A stretch of DNA of 32,106 nucleotides, from positions 1-32,106 of the forward strand of contig BDIP01000090.1 of the NCBI GenBank assembly GCA_003568945.1, written 5' to 3'. This DNA comes from Kipferlia bialata. Taxonomy: Eukaryota. The notes under the pieces are model-generated. The model had not been told where the DNA came from and made no database searches. It was given only the letters and a program-made list of their open reading frames with translations. Position 1 is the first letter of the stretch. Each line of letters begins with the position of its first letter. The translations under genes were made by a program, and so were the position numbers. This document shows, one piece after another, positions 1 through 12,800 of the stretch.

Positions 1-34
1 TCTCTCTCTCTCTATTATCCCTCTCTCACCCCAT

Positions 35-857
35 GTTTGGCAATGGCAGACAGGGCAACCTGGCCCGTATCCTGATGGCTGTCTTCATGCTGCTGAGGTA
101 TCATTTCGGTTTATACATGTATATATAACTCAATACTATGTAAATATTTCCCCTCACCCCAGGTCTGTCTTCAGCATCACGTACTTTCTCTCTCTATATC
201 TATCTCCCCACCGTCTCTATCTCTCCCACTCTCTCTCTCTATATAGTTTTCTCTCACCCCAGGTCTGTCTTCAGCATCCCATACCCCCTCTTTCTCAACC
301 AAACCCATCTCTTTTTGTCACTATACTGTATATTCAGTTATATCATCCTCACCCCAGGTCTGTCTTTAGCATCACACACACTTTCTCTCTCCCAGTGTAA
401 TTGTATGCTTGTGTAATTGTATGCTTCTCTTAGTCAGCCGACCCCAGGTCTGTTTTCAGCATCACATACTTTGTCAAGACAGCCGGCATGTTCCTCAGTG
501 AGCTGTATCCAGGTGAGAGAGATATGGTTAGAAATTTCATTGTTCTATTTTGGTTAGAAGTATCATTGTACATGTTCTGTTGATTTATGGACTGTATATA
601 GTCACTCACTGTAGGCGATGCCACCGAGGAGATGGAGACTGTCCTGTCATATGTGCTGGTGGGACTCAGCCTGGTGTACACTGTATCATCAGGTACACAC
701 ACTCTTTAGTATTTATATATATAGATTTATAGATACATACATATATCTATATGATGTTTGTGCTAGTGGGACTCAGCCTGGTGTACACAGTATCATCAGG
801 TACACACACTCTCTAGTATTTATATATATATATGTATATATATACCTCTCTATATAA

Positions 858-895
<38 letters not shown>

Positions 896-1476
896 TATGT
901 ACTAGTTGGACTCAGTATATAGGGGTATATATATATATATATATATGATATATGTACTAGTGGGACTCAGCCTGGTGTACACAGTGTCATCGGGTACACA
1001 TACTCTCCATCATATAAATATAGATTAATATGTATTAATAGAAATGTATAAATCCATGTTTCCATGTGTTTCCCTTACCCCTATGTCTCACCATCTTCAC
1101 CGACGTCATTCAGTTCTTTGTCATCCATCTCTTCTCTCTCTCTCTCTCTCTCTATATATTTATATATATATATATACATATATATAGATAACACCAGGTC
1201 TCACTGGAGCCATCTTTACCGACGTCATCCAGTCCTTTGTCATCTCTATTTCTCTCTCTCTCTCTCTGTCTATATACAAAAGCATATACTATAATGTATA
1301 TGTCTTACCTTTAGGATTGACCGGTGCCATCTTCACCGATGTCATGCAGTCCTTTGTCGTCTCTATTTTTCTCTCTCTCCCTCTGTCTATATACAAAAGT
1401 ATATACTATAATGTATATGTCTTACCTTTAGGATTGACCGGTGCCATCTTCACTGATGTCATCCAGTCCTTTGTCG

Positions 1477-1511
<35 letters not shown>

Positions 1512-2533
1512 ACCTCTATAACACTAGGTCTTACTGGTGCCATCTTCACCGACGTCATCCAGTCCTTTGTCATCATTGGAGCATTCATTGCATTTGCCAT
1601 AGTGTTCTTCAGAGAAAGCATCCCTGCTGCATTCACTATCCTTCTACCTAGGTACCTAGATACTGTATATGTATATATTGTGTTCTTGTGTTTCTGTATC
1701 TCTTATTCTCCTTTTCTAGTGTGGACGGTGGTACTCCCAACAACAGTGCATACTGTATTCACTGGCTCTATATATGTATATATGTATATTGTTACATGTT
1801 CTTGTTGATGTACTTCTTACTCCAGTGTTGACGGTGGTGCCCCCAAGTCCTATGTCCGCACCTCATATACATATCATATACACATGAATGAATATATATG
1901 TTATTTCTGTAACCTATCTATATCTATCTATATATCTATATATATGTATATATAGTTCTAACCTCAAGTGTAGATGGAGGTGCCCCCAAGTCCTATGTCC
2001 GTACCTCAGCAGAGTGGCTGTCCATGTGGCCATCTGCCAATGAGGCAGTGCCAGACGGAACCTCATACACAAAGTGAGTCGTATATACACACAGGGATAT
2101 TTATATTATGACGTGTGTATTCTATCTATTTGTAAATATATACGTATCTGGCCAAGTGCCAATGAGGCAGTGCCTGAAGGGACATCTTACACAAAGTACG
2201 ATGTTCTTTCTGTTACTATTGACACTATATACTGAACATTGAATGTCACTGATGTGTCATTTGTACATTTTTTGTGGTCATCATTTATCTCTGCGGACGT
2301 CCACCCGTGTCAGCTATGATAGTAGTCCCTGTATGTCTGACCCCAGGTACAACAACGTGGTTGTGCTGGCTGTCTCCTACATCATCAAGAGCATCCTGGA
2401 GGGCGCAGGTACAGTACATATTTGCGTGTAAATGTATATCTAGTGAGAGGGTGGGGGATTGTTCAATATGCGTACTATATCTTCAAGTATAAGCAGAGCA
2501 TCCTGGAGGGGGGAGGTACAGTACATCATATCG

Positions 2534-2568
<35 letters not shown>

Positions 2569-5500
2569 GACCAGAAGAGAATGGAGTTAGGTATACATAG
2601 CATGTGTGTACACATCAGTACATATGCTATCTCACCCCCAGGTGGCAATGAGACTGGTTTCATTGTGCAGAGGTTCTTTGCATGCAACAGTGACAAGGAC
2701 GCAGGTAGGGGAGTTCTATCTTCGTGTGTGGTATTAATACATAATTTATAGCGCAGCCTATTCCTGTCTTTCCCGAGGCAAGATGTCCTCCCTGTGGATG
2801 GCTGTATATATGTATATGTATATGTATATCNNNNNNNNNNNNNNNNNNNNNNNNNNNNNNNNNNNNNNNNNNNNNNNNNNNNATCACTATATGTATTAAT
2901 TAAAACATATTCATTTCTTACCCCTAGGCAAGATGTCGTCCCTGTGGATGGTCCTGGATATATACATACATATTATATATATATGTGTGCGTGTGATTGT
3001 ATGTGGATATCAATATATGTTTAGATTCGTGTCTAACCCTAGGCAAGATGTCGTCCCTGTGGATGGTCCTGGCTGCACTGAGATGGCCATTTGTGGCCAC
3101 TGTTGCCATCATGGGCATCAACTACAACATGACAGCTATCAGGTACAGTATATATACTATATACTATGTATAATCATTTAAGGATTTATGTATATATAAT
3201 ATGTTTCTCTCTGTGAGTTGAGAATGTGGCCATCATGGGCATCAACTACAACATGACAGCAACAAGGTATATTGTAGACACTGTATATTACACTCAGTGT
3301 GTTCTATATCACGTAGTTTAGTAATCCCTCACCCTCCAGTCCCATTGAGGACCCCGAGCGTGTCCTCTCTGCCGTGATAGCCAACGTGATACCCACAGGG
3401 CTCAAGGGGGTAATAGTGGCAGGTATGTAGTTACTTACACGATATGTGTAATGTATATCTACGTGATGTCCTTATCCTTCAGTTCTGCTTGGCAGTGCCA
3501 TGGGCTCCTACAATGCAGTGACCAACGGAGCAGCTGCATACTACGTGCAGGTAAGGATATTGTTTTTTTCCCTAGACATACATATGTCTAAATGAATCAT
3601 ACTATGTATTCTTTGTCTCTCTTCTCTCATTTCCAGGATATCTTCAGACCCTTCATCAAGCCAACTGCCAACCAGAGGGAGCTGGTGTTCCAGGTACATA
3701 CAGGACTATTTTTAGAGATACAGCGTACACATTGAGTACATTCCAGGAAGATTGTATATGTATAGTATATATATATATATATATATAAGTGTGTTTCTTT
3801 GTGTTATTGTGCACTGACCTCCAGGGTAGGCTAGCCTCTGTTGTGATTGTTCTGCTGGGTGCCATGTTTGCACGCATCAGCCAGGTGGGGCCATGGTGTA
3901 TTGGGATTTCTTCTCTTTATGTATATATATATGATTATTCATATAATAATATATTCTGTTCTCACCCATCAGTATGGCAGCGTGACTGAGCTGTGGGGCT
4001 GGGTCAACATGTCGCTGGGGGCTGGCGTACTCGCACCTCTGCTAGTCAGGTATTCTTTTTTATTCCCATATACTTTCCTGTGTATGGGTTATACATATCA
4101 AACTATTTGACACTGGGCTGGCGTACTCGCATCTCTCCTAGTCGGATGTGAGTTTTGTCTCTATTATCATTCTATTTTCTGTCCCCCTCACTTTAGATGG
4201 GTCTGGTGGCGTCTCAATGGATACGGCTTCTGTGCCGGTATCGCAGGGGGTACACTGGCAGCCATCATCCAGGTATTCTATTGTTTGTGTATATATATGT
4301 GTGATTATATGTGGCAATTGCACCACCTCTTTCCGGGGATATACCACTCTACATTCCCCTCTGACCCCTAGGGCATCTGGTTCCCCCTGATGTCTGAGTG
4401 GTGCATGTTCCTGGTTGTGACACTGGTCTCATGCATAGCAATGTTCATAGTGACACCCCTCACCAAGCAGACAGACACATTCGTCCTGGGTACGTGAATT
4501 GACATATATATGTATATATAAATATGTGTGTGTATATATATGTGTATACTCGCATATATCTCTCTTTCCTCGGTTTCCTTTGTTTGGTCACAAGCTTTCT
4601 GTGTGGTGTTATCTGTATATCCCTCTCTCATCTCCAGTTGAGTTCTTCCAGAAGTGCCAGCCCTGGGGTCTGTGGAGCTTTGTCTACCCACTTGTAGGTA
4701 TACAAAAGTACACTGTCTATATACTTAACTCGATACTCATTCGGTATATACTGTGGTATATACTTGGATGTATACATATGTCTCTGACCACTAGGCAAGG
4801 AGCTTGAGCACCACACCCAGAGTGAGATGAAGAGAGACCTGGTCTCTGGTAACTTTGCCTGGATCGGCCAGATTGCCTTCTACCTCGGCATACTCACACT
4901 GGCCATCCCAGGTACTCTCTCTATCTTTCTATTTCTCTCTCTCTCTCTATCAATACCATAATTTGTCGGCATCCCAGGTGTTCTCTTTGTTACTCTCTCT
5001 CTCTCTCTCTTTATCTCATTGCCCTTCCCTCCATATCTCTTGTTCTCTCTCTTTCTCTCTGTATACTCATCCTGACCATCCCAGGCACTCTCGTTGTTAC
5101 TCTCTCTCTCTATATCTATTTCTCCCTCTCATTGTAACTCTATCATGTGTATATGTCGCTCCCTCTATTTATGCGGATACTTACCCCTAAGGGAGTCCTG
5201 GTATAACGTGTAGTATATCTCATTATCTCTATCTCTCTTTGTCCCCAAGTCTCCTTGAAATATCTCCAATATATATACTTATCTTAGGGGAGTCGTGGTA
5301 TGACGTGTACCTGTCCTTCTCAGTGGCAACGGTGTGTGCGGCAGGTAGGGATATTGACACTATTAGTATATACATGTATATTCATATGCGTCCCTGTTAG
5401 TCTTTCTGACTTGTGGCGATGTTTGATGTATATACACCTTTAATTAATACTCTTTGCCAACATATATTCTACTGCACTATCCCTCAGGCCTTCTGTGGTG

Positions 5501-5984
5501 CAGATACACACACACATATACATGCATATATATACATTCACACCCTTATCATCAGGCCTTCTGATTGTGTGGTACAGACACACACAGACATACCCGTTCT
5601 CTCTCTCTTTCACCCATGTATATATGCACACTAACCCATCAGGCCTTCTGATTGTGTGGTACAGACATCTACAGGACAAGGATGGGAAGGACAGGGCGAG
5701 GGAGGAGGAGAGAGACATGGAGAGACAGCTAGGTAGGGGTGAAGACATATAGTGAATTTACACCCCCCCCCTCCCCCCCCACACACCCATACATACATAT
5801 CTATTTGTCTATTTGTATGTGTAGTGATTTTGATTATGGACTGATTGTAGGTGTCAGTCCCCGTGGTTCTCTTAAGAGACTGGATGGAGATGGTGCTGGG
5901 GAGGGAGAGAGTGACAGTGAGGGCCAGGGACAGGGAGAGAGGGCATCTCTACTCGGAGCAGAGACTAGGTCTTCACTGTACTAG
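35..5984 (+). CDS. Sodium:solute symporter (SSS/SLC5 family), 5'-partial, 20 visible exons
   Basis: Phase-consistent exons: 35-97, 448-512, 615-692, 1528-1651, 1969-2073, 2347-2408, 2642-2704, 3043-3142, 3340-3422, 3483-3550, 3637-3693, 3825-3884, 3973-4049, 4197-4272, 4372-4489, 4638-4697, 4795-4911, 5288-5344, 5643-5732, 5851-5984 (TAG). SSS motifs: YTVSSGLTGAIFTDVIQ, VQRFFAC, IPTGLKGVIVAVLLGSAMGS, YYVQDIFRP, WWRLNGYG, with many hydrophobic helices. Confidence 0.9.
2831..2882. other. Assembly gap (N run) inside a symporter intron
   Basis: Run of n characters. Confidence 1.
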
Positions 5985-6392
5985 TACCGAGGAAATAGAA
6001 CGTATCTATATGATTTGGAGTGACTTGAGTTAGGCTCAAAGTCCAAGATCCTAGGAGCCTAGCAAAATCTCTGCCTTGGTGAATGTGAAAAAGGGTTCAC
6101 TTCCCTTGGGTTCCAAAAACGCTATATTGCCTATTCATGCTTCTCTGTAGGCTCAGTATGCCGCCCCCGTCAGGTATGTACACCACCAAACCTCTATTAT
6201 TTGAAACCGCACGCAGTGATCATAATCCCTTTCCATTTGTTTGAAATATTTATGTGTATCTATCCCAGTGTATGTACTTGTGCATGACTAGATATACAGA
6301 CCCCATATATGTACTATATATATATATTATATATATGTTGTAGAGTACATGTGTCAGCAACACATCATATTTTTACTCTCTAGATATCATCT

Positions 6393-6419
6393 CCCCCCCC
6401 CCCCCCCCCCCCCCCCCCC
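6393..6419. repeat. Poly-C tract (27 nt)
   Basis: Homopolymer run upstream of the first recognisable copine exon. Confidence 0.95.
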
Positions 6420-6628
6420 TCCCCCCTCCCCCTCCCTCCTCATCTTCTCTGACCCCTCTGCGTGATCATATCAACATATATCTCTCTGGACCCATACTTC
6501 ACTAATACTCTCCCAGAACTCTCAATTCACTCAGCCTCCACCCCTCCCCCCTCCGGACCACTCCGAGGGATCCCGCCTCTCTCTCTCTCTCTCGCTCTCT
6601 TTGTTAACTCAACCCCCTGACTCCTCAG

Positions 6629-8501
6629 CATGACCCAATCAACCTGTACCGCTTTGGGTGTACTGACACCACGGACCAGAGGGTGCTGCCCCTGGGGCAG
6701 GCAGGTGAGTGGCTAAAGAGAGTGATCGATATTTACAGGTTATTAGGTTACGGCATCAGTATAGTTATCCTACTTGCTGCCCCTGGCACAGTCAGTTGAG
6801 ATATATATATATATATATATATCCCATTACGTATATTCTGAGACTGATATGAATAGTATATACATATACTGGCACGATCAGGTGACAGTATCAGTGTCAC
6901 TAATATTGTATTCATTATAGTGTATGTTATAATAGCTAGTAGATATGTATACTGATATTCAGGTGACGGCACATGCGCTGGGACAGAGGTGAGGTCTCTC
7001 TCCCTCTTTCTAACCTGGAAGGGTACCGATACTTGGTGTTGAAGGTTCACGTGTCCGGGCTGTTGACCCACGTTGACCTCTCTCTGAGTGTGTGTCCCTC
7101 TACACACTCTACCCACTGCATCTGTATCTCCGATACTCTTTCATCTCTCTCCCCCCTCTTATCACCAGGCAGCCCTGGCCTGCTACCGTCAGTCCATCCC
7201 TAATATCGTGATGGGTGAGAGAGTGGCCCTGGCACCCCTGATTGACCAGACCATTCGGTACGGATTTCTCTCTCTCTCTCTCGTCCCCTCGTTCTTCATC
7301 CAGAAGATACATACATATATATAGACATTTGAGACACCTCTCGGTTCTCTCTCCGCCTTCCCCCGTCGCTCCCATATCCCTTCAGTCTAAGTAGAGCAGT
7401 TTCTCTATCTCACAGTTCATATATAGACATATTTGTATCTTTGTCTCACCCCCAGTGATGTGCAGGGGACTGGCCAGTACATGATATATTTACATATATA
7501 TTATGTTAAATATATATACTAGGCTAGTACTGACCCCAGCGATGTCCAGGAGACTGGCCAGTACACTGTGCTGTTGGTACTGACCTGCACTGACACATCA
7601 GGTGCATCAGTGTCTGCAGTATATATATATTATATATGAGTATGTACATATATACCAATAGTACACTGTACTGTTAGTCCTGTCATGCAATGACAGATCA
7701 GGTTTATGTGTAGAGTATACTATATATATATATATATACAGTATTATCATGTATGCCACAAGGACAAGCGCTGACACATCAGATGTGCAGGGTGTATATG
7801 TAGATAATATACTATGTATTTGTTAAGTATATATATATGCATATATATCTGTTAGTCCTGACCTGCACTGACACATCAGATGTGCAGGGTGACATTGCTG
7901 CCCTGGAGAGACTGGCAGAGTACCCAATCAGTGTCATTGTGGTATGGGTTATATGTATATACTTACACATGTCTATTTTTCATTCACAGACTGTATATCA
8001 ATGTATATATATGTGTGTTTGTGTGTGTGTATATACATATACCAGTGTGTCATGGAGAGACTGGCAGAGTACCCAATCAATGTCGTTGGTATGTGATATA
8101 CACACATATTTATACATTAGCAGACTGCATAATAGTGTGCGTGTATATATATATATATATATCAGTGCCAAGGAGAGACTGACAGAGTACCCAATCAGTG
8201 TCATAGTGGTATGTGTTACTTATATATATATATATTTGACACATATACACTCCAATCCAAATCTACATAAGTTGTACAAAAAACAACAACCCCCATAACA
8301 CAGTCAAATTTTTATGTATTCATAGTTCAGTAATTACACCCTTCTCTCTTAACCCCAGGTCTGCCTGGGTGTTGGCAGTCCTGATGGCAACCCCCACAAG
8401 TACCGCCATCCCCTACCCACCCTTGAGAGAGACATACCCAAGGGACTGTCCAGAAAGGCCAGACAGCACTACGAGACATTTGTCTATGACTCGGTATGAT
8501 G

Positions 8502-8548
<47 letters not shown>

Positions 8549-9546
8549 AAGAGAGAGAGAGAGACATTTTATTTTCCAAAGGGCTTCTCTAAGAGGGCCA
8601 GACAGCACTACGAGACATTTGTGTATGACTCGGTATGGTGAATGCATGCATTCATATAGTTGTATTACCTACAGATTTATTTCTCTCTTCTCATTTTCTT
8701 ATGCCAGGTTATGGGGTATCCCTCCTCCTTAGACATCTGTCTCTCTCTCTCTCTCCCTCTCTTTATATATAGATATGTTTATCCCACTCCAGGTCATGGG
8801 CTGTCCCGGTATCTTAGATATATAGCTCTCTCTATTACATAGATATGTATATACATACCCCAGGAGATAGGCTGTCCCCATATCTTGGATATGCCCCTCT
8901 CTCTCTCTATATATATATAATTATATATATATATAGATATTGATATATAGACATGTTTATCCCAGGTGATGGGCTGTCCCCGTATCTTTGAGGGAGACAC
9001 TGAGCTACCCACTGAACAGATACAGGCTGCTGCTATGCTGCAGTACCTGCCCAAGCAGTACAAGGTACAAATATGTATATATATGAATATTGGCAGTGTA
9101 TATATATACAGAATAAATACAGAACAGATACAGGCTGCTGCTATGCTGCAGTATCTACCAGCTCAGTATAAGGTGCATATGTATATATATAGTGAATATA
9201 TATGGTGTATATATTCAGTATATACACAGAACAGATACAGGCAGCTTCTATGCTGCAGTATCTACCAGCACAGTATAAGGTACTATATAATACTATAAAT
9301 GTATCCAAGGTCTAAAGCCCTCATCCCCACCTGTATACAATAGTATATGTAACTTTATATATTCTCAGGGTATCTCGACGTCTCTCTCTTCCTTCATCCT
9401 ATATAACCACTTCGATCCCCAGAAGATGCAGGCCATTCAGATGTTCATAAAATATGTATGTATTTATGTATATGTCCTTCCCCTACTTCAACTCCCCTCA
9501 TCTTCAGAAGATGCAGGCCAGGGGTCTCATCCCTCAGGATGAATAA
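6629..9546 (+). CDS. Copine/RGLG-type VWA-domain protein, 5' part missing
   Basis: Exons 6629-6704, 6963-6988, 7169-7257, 7540-7601, 7880-7941, 8359-8493, 8966-9064, 9508-9546 (TAA). Translation INLYRFGCTDTTDQRV..C.G...ALACYRQSIPNI...ALAPLIDQTI...GQYTVLLVLT...LAEYPISVIVVCLGVG...AMLQYLPKQYK follows the copine/RGLG VWA motif order. The N-terminal DFTxSN segment is not found. Confidence 0.72.
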
Positions 9547-9875
9547 GACACTCATGTGACCCAGCGTGCGCCCACAGGTGTAGATAGATACTGATACCGA
9601 CACATCACAAGTGTATACAATGGGTCCAGAGGGGAACTGGCTCTTCCAGACAGACTTGATACTAAGTACTCTTTCCCGAAGCTCACAAAGAGTCTGCTCG
9701 TCACCGTCCCTTGGCTTGTGTGTATTGTAAATAGAAGAAGTGTGAGTTTCCAAGTCTGTTATATTCCCATTCTCTCTGCCTTCCAACTCTGGTGTGTACG
9801 TAAGCTGACTTCTACGAAACCCTGAGCTGTCTGTATGGGGAGACCACGTATCTCTATCAGAGACTCTCCAATGTC

Positions 9876-12800
9876 CTACTCCGGTGAGTACTGCTGCACC
9901 CGGCAGAACACCATCTCCTCAAAGGACAGGCTGGGGTCAGACTAGCCGGAAGGAACCAATATTAGTAGTATTCCAATCGACTGTTCCAAGTTTGAATAGC
10001 GTACCTTGTGGCCCCGTCCATCTGCCTTCTGGGAGCCTCACCATGAATGCAGGATCTGATACTCTCTGTGGTTTAGAAGGCAACACCCATACAATAATAG
10101 ATAAGAACCTCAGAAGAAAGAGGCCCCCAACTAAATATTACTCTTATATACATATGGAGAGTGAAAATAGAGTGTATGGAATTTGGGTAGATGCTAAACC
10201 CAGTACATATACCTATGACGGCATCGTCTGCCTTTGTGCTCTTGGGTGACCTGGCCATTAGAACCCCAATAAGACATGATTGTGTATAACTATAGAAATT
10301 GGAGTACAATCCTCGCTCATAAACCCAAAGCCTCTCATTACTAGAGTATATGTGTAGACTCTACACTGTAGAGTACCTGAGAGAGAGTAGCAGTCTGGCA
10401 TTGGTCTCGCTCACACCCTCCGCCCCAAATAGTCCCTCAATGGTGACCTTTGGGTTAGTCGGTTAATGACTGTATGGCTGAGTTACTAAGTTGTGTATCA
10501 TAAATGCGTGTACCTTGATGAGACGTGTGACATCACTGTTGGGCTGGGCGTAGTTGGGTATAGCCAGCATAGACTGGGTGAGCTTGGTAACTCTCCTCGT
10601 GAAGGCAGGATCAGTGGCGCTCCCTAGATTAGCCACATGGCTCTTGAGGAAGGTGTCTGAAATGAGTCATTCGAGATGCAAGGTAAGGTGAAAGGATATA
10701 ATGTGTACCAATTACACATCTCTACGATAGGTATATTCTATGTTTGGATTTCCCTTACCTATGCGGAAGATGTCTGAGATGAACCTGGCTTTGACGTCTG
10801 GGTTCTGCGGGTTAGGATATGTATACAGAGAGAGAGCATATATCTAACACCTCCAAGTGTCAGTGTAGTTATTCGACCAGTTCTGAGGTCATTCACCTCA
10901 GAAGTAAGTATACTATATATAGTTGATGACATAACCTATTGAACGTAGAATGTGAAGATAATGCACACATACCCGCAGTGTGTGTGACTTCTTCATCCAG
11001 CCTAGACCCCAGATGGGCTTGGCTGTGCCATCTCGGCCGGTAAGTCTGACGTCAATAGGAGAAATAGTTCTGACAATACTTTGCAAATTGGTAAACAGTG
11101 AATCTGCTCGTGCCCTGGTGTGTAGGTTTCCTGGTAAAAGAGATTTTACATAGTAACCACACCACTACCTGAGGAGAGCAGCTGTAAGATAGGCAGCGAA
11201 GAGCTGGTTGGGCAGCAGGTTACGTACAGTGTCCTGGTATTTAGTAATTAGGTGACTGTTTGATCAGAGGGTATATATATTCTAACGTGGTATAACACCG
11301 AGTATAGTATGATGTAAACTGTAGAAGTCTTTGTAATAGAAGGTGTATAGTAAAAACTCTAACATATACTACCATATAGACTATATATGGTTGACACTAA
11401 CCACCAATGCTGGAGAAAGAGTTGACTGGACATCGCTTAGCAAGTAGCCAAGGGCCCGTAGGGACAGGTCTTTGGTTAGTGTTAGTGTTAGTCAGTTTGA
11501 GTTAAAGCACTGGAACATAAGGGACAGAAGGGAAATTGTCTATTTCAAAGAGAGATGCTTTATGACTAATCAAGAGAGGCGTACAGCTACTAGTAGTAGC
11601 CTACTACAATGAAAAACACCTTTTAGTGGAGCCACTTATACATGTAACACAGCGGCTTTCGAATACTATATGCAGAATACATACAGTATTCTATATTTGT
11701 ACTTCATGTGCATACCTATGACGACCCCTTCGCCTGAGTCTAGCCACTGGAGGTGAGTATTGAATTGAAAGTGTTGACAAAGGTTTGAATGTATATGCAA
11801 ATAGGTAGCATTCGGGAAGATATAACCTTCTGTGTCATGATGTCGTGGGCTGATCGGGTAAAGATGTCATCTCGCATCATGCTCCTGTTGTGAATAGACA
11901 ACTGAGTTGTAGATATATTTGTGATACATAAAAATAGCTACCTAATATAACATCTGGAGTTATAGTCAACCCTATGAGTTGTGAATCTCCACCCGTATAC
12001 TTATAGTAGTACTCTATGTGTGTGTGGACAGCGGTGTACCTGACATACTGCCGGCTAAGTGACTCCGAGACTCGGCTTAGCTCAGTCCTAACGTCCTCAA
12101 GGATACTAAGTGTCTGGGTGTCAGAAGCATTTCAGGTTATAGAACAGAAGAGTATCTAGAGTCCTCAAGGATATAGACACACGTGACAAAGTGTTGCCGA
12201 CAACATAAGGAATGTTGACACACATAGACATGCCACGTAACTATGACTGCCAGAGTGACACGTATATCTATACTACTCATAGTATGAGTCTCATACCTTG
12301 TCGACTGTCTCTGTGAAATGATCATCACATACAGCCTCAACAAGCGCAAGTGACACATCATCAAGGGAGCTCTGAAGGGCAAACACATCGTTCCAGAGTA
12401 CGGTGACTGCCTAGGTGTTAGCTACTAGAATTGCAAGACAACTAGTGAAAGACCTAGTAGGATTTGAAAGGCAATAGGCGCTACTTACCTTGTGTGCCTG
12501 CCAGGATCGAATATCCACTGTCCCTGCATCTATATCTAGATCAAAGTATGTGGCAGAGGCATAGAAGTCCCATGGGTACTGGTCTATGGACACAACGTCA
12601 GAGTCAGGGACCATGCTGTAACTAGGACAGGGGATGGTCATGCCTGTCAAAGTAAGAAGAATATACTGTATCATTCACATGCTTGAACCTATGTCATTAT
12701 CGAACTGATATTTTCCATACCTGGAACAATAGATGAGTAGAACTCTGCTACATGAGAGTAGGATGCGGCAATTGCTGGTCCAAGAACTGACATAATCTGA

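Noticed and set aside
1528..2200. Echoes as mutually exclusive alternative exons
   Set aside because: Each echo has only one splice site and covers only part of the exon, so it cannot replace the exon by ordinary cassette splicing.
6158..6173. ATG CCG CCC CCG TCA G|gtatg as the first copine exon
   Set aside because: It is phase-incompatible with exon 6629 and separated from it by the C27 tract; it may belong to another gene.
430..9300. Many 60-160 aa ORFs rich in YI, SL or ER repeats
   Set aside because: They are translations of (TA)n/(CT)n intronic microsatellites, sometimes running through a real exon.
9445..9830. Minus-strand open frame as an extra last exon or a transposon remnant
   Set aside because: No transposase motif or terminal repeats; an in-frame stop at 9876 ends the upstream gene more simply. 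An extra exon is not fully excluded.
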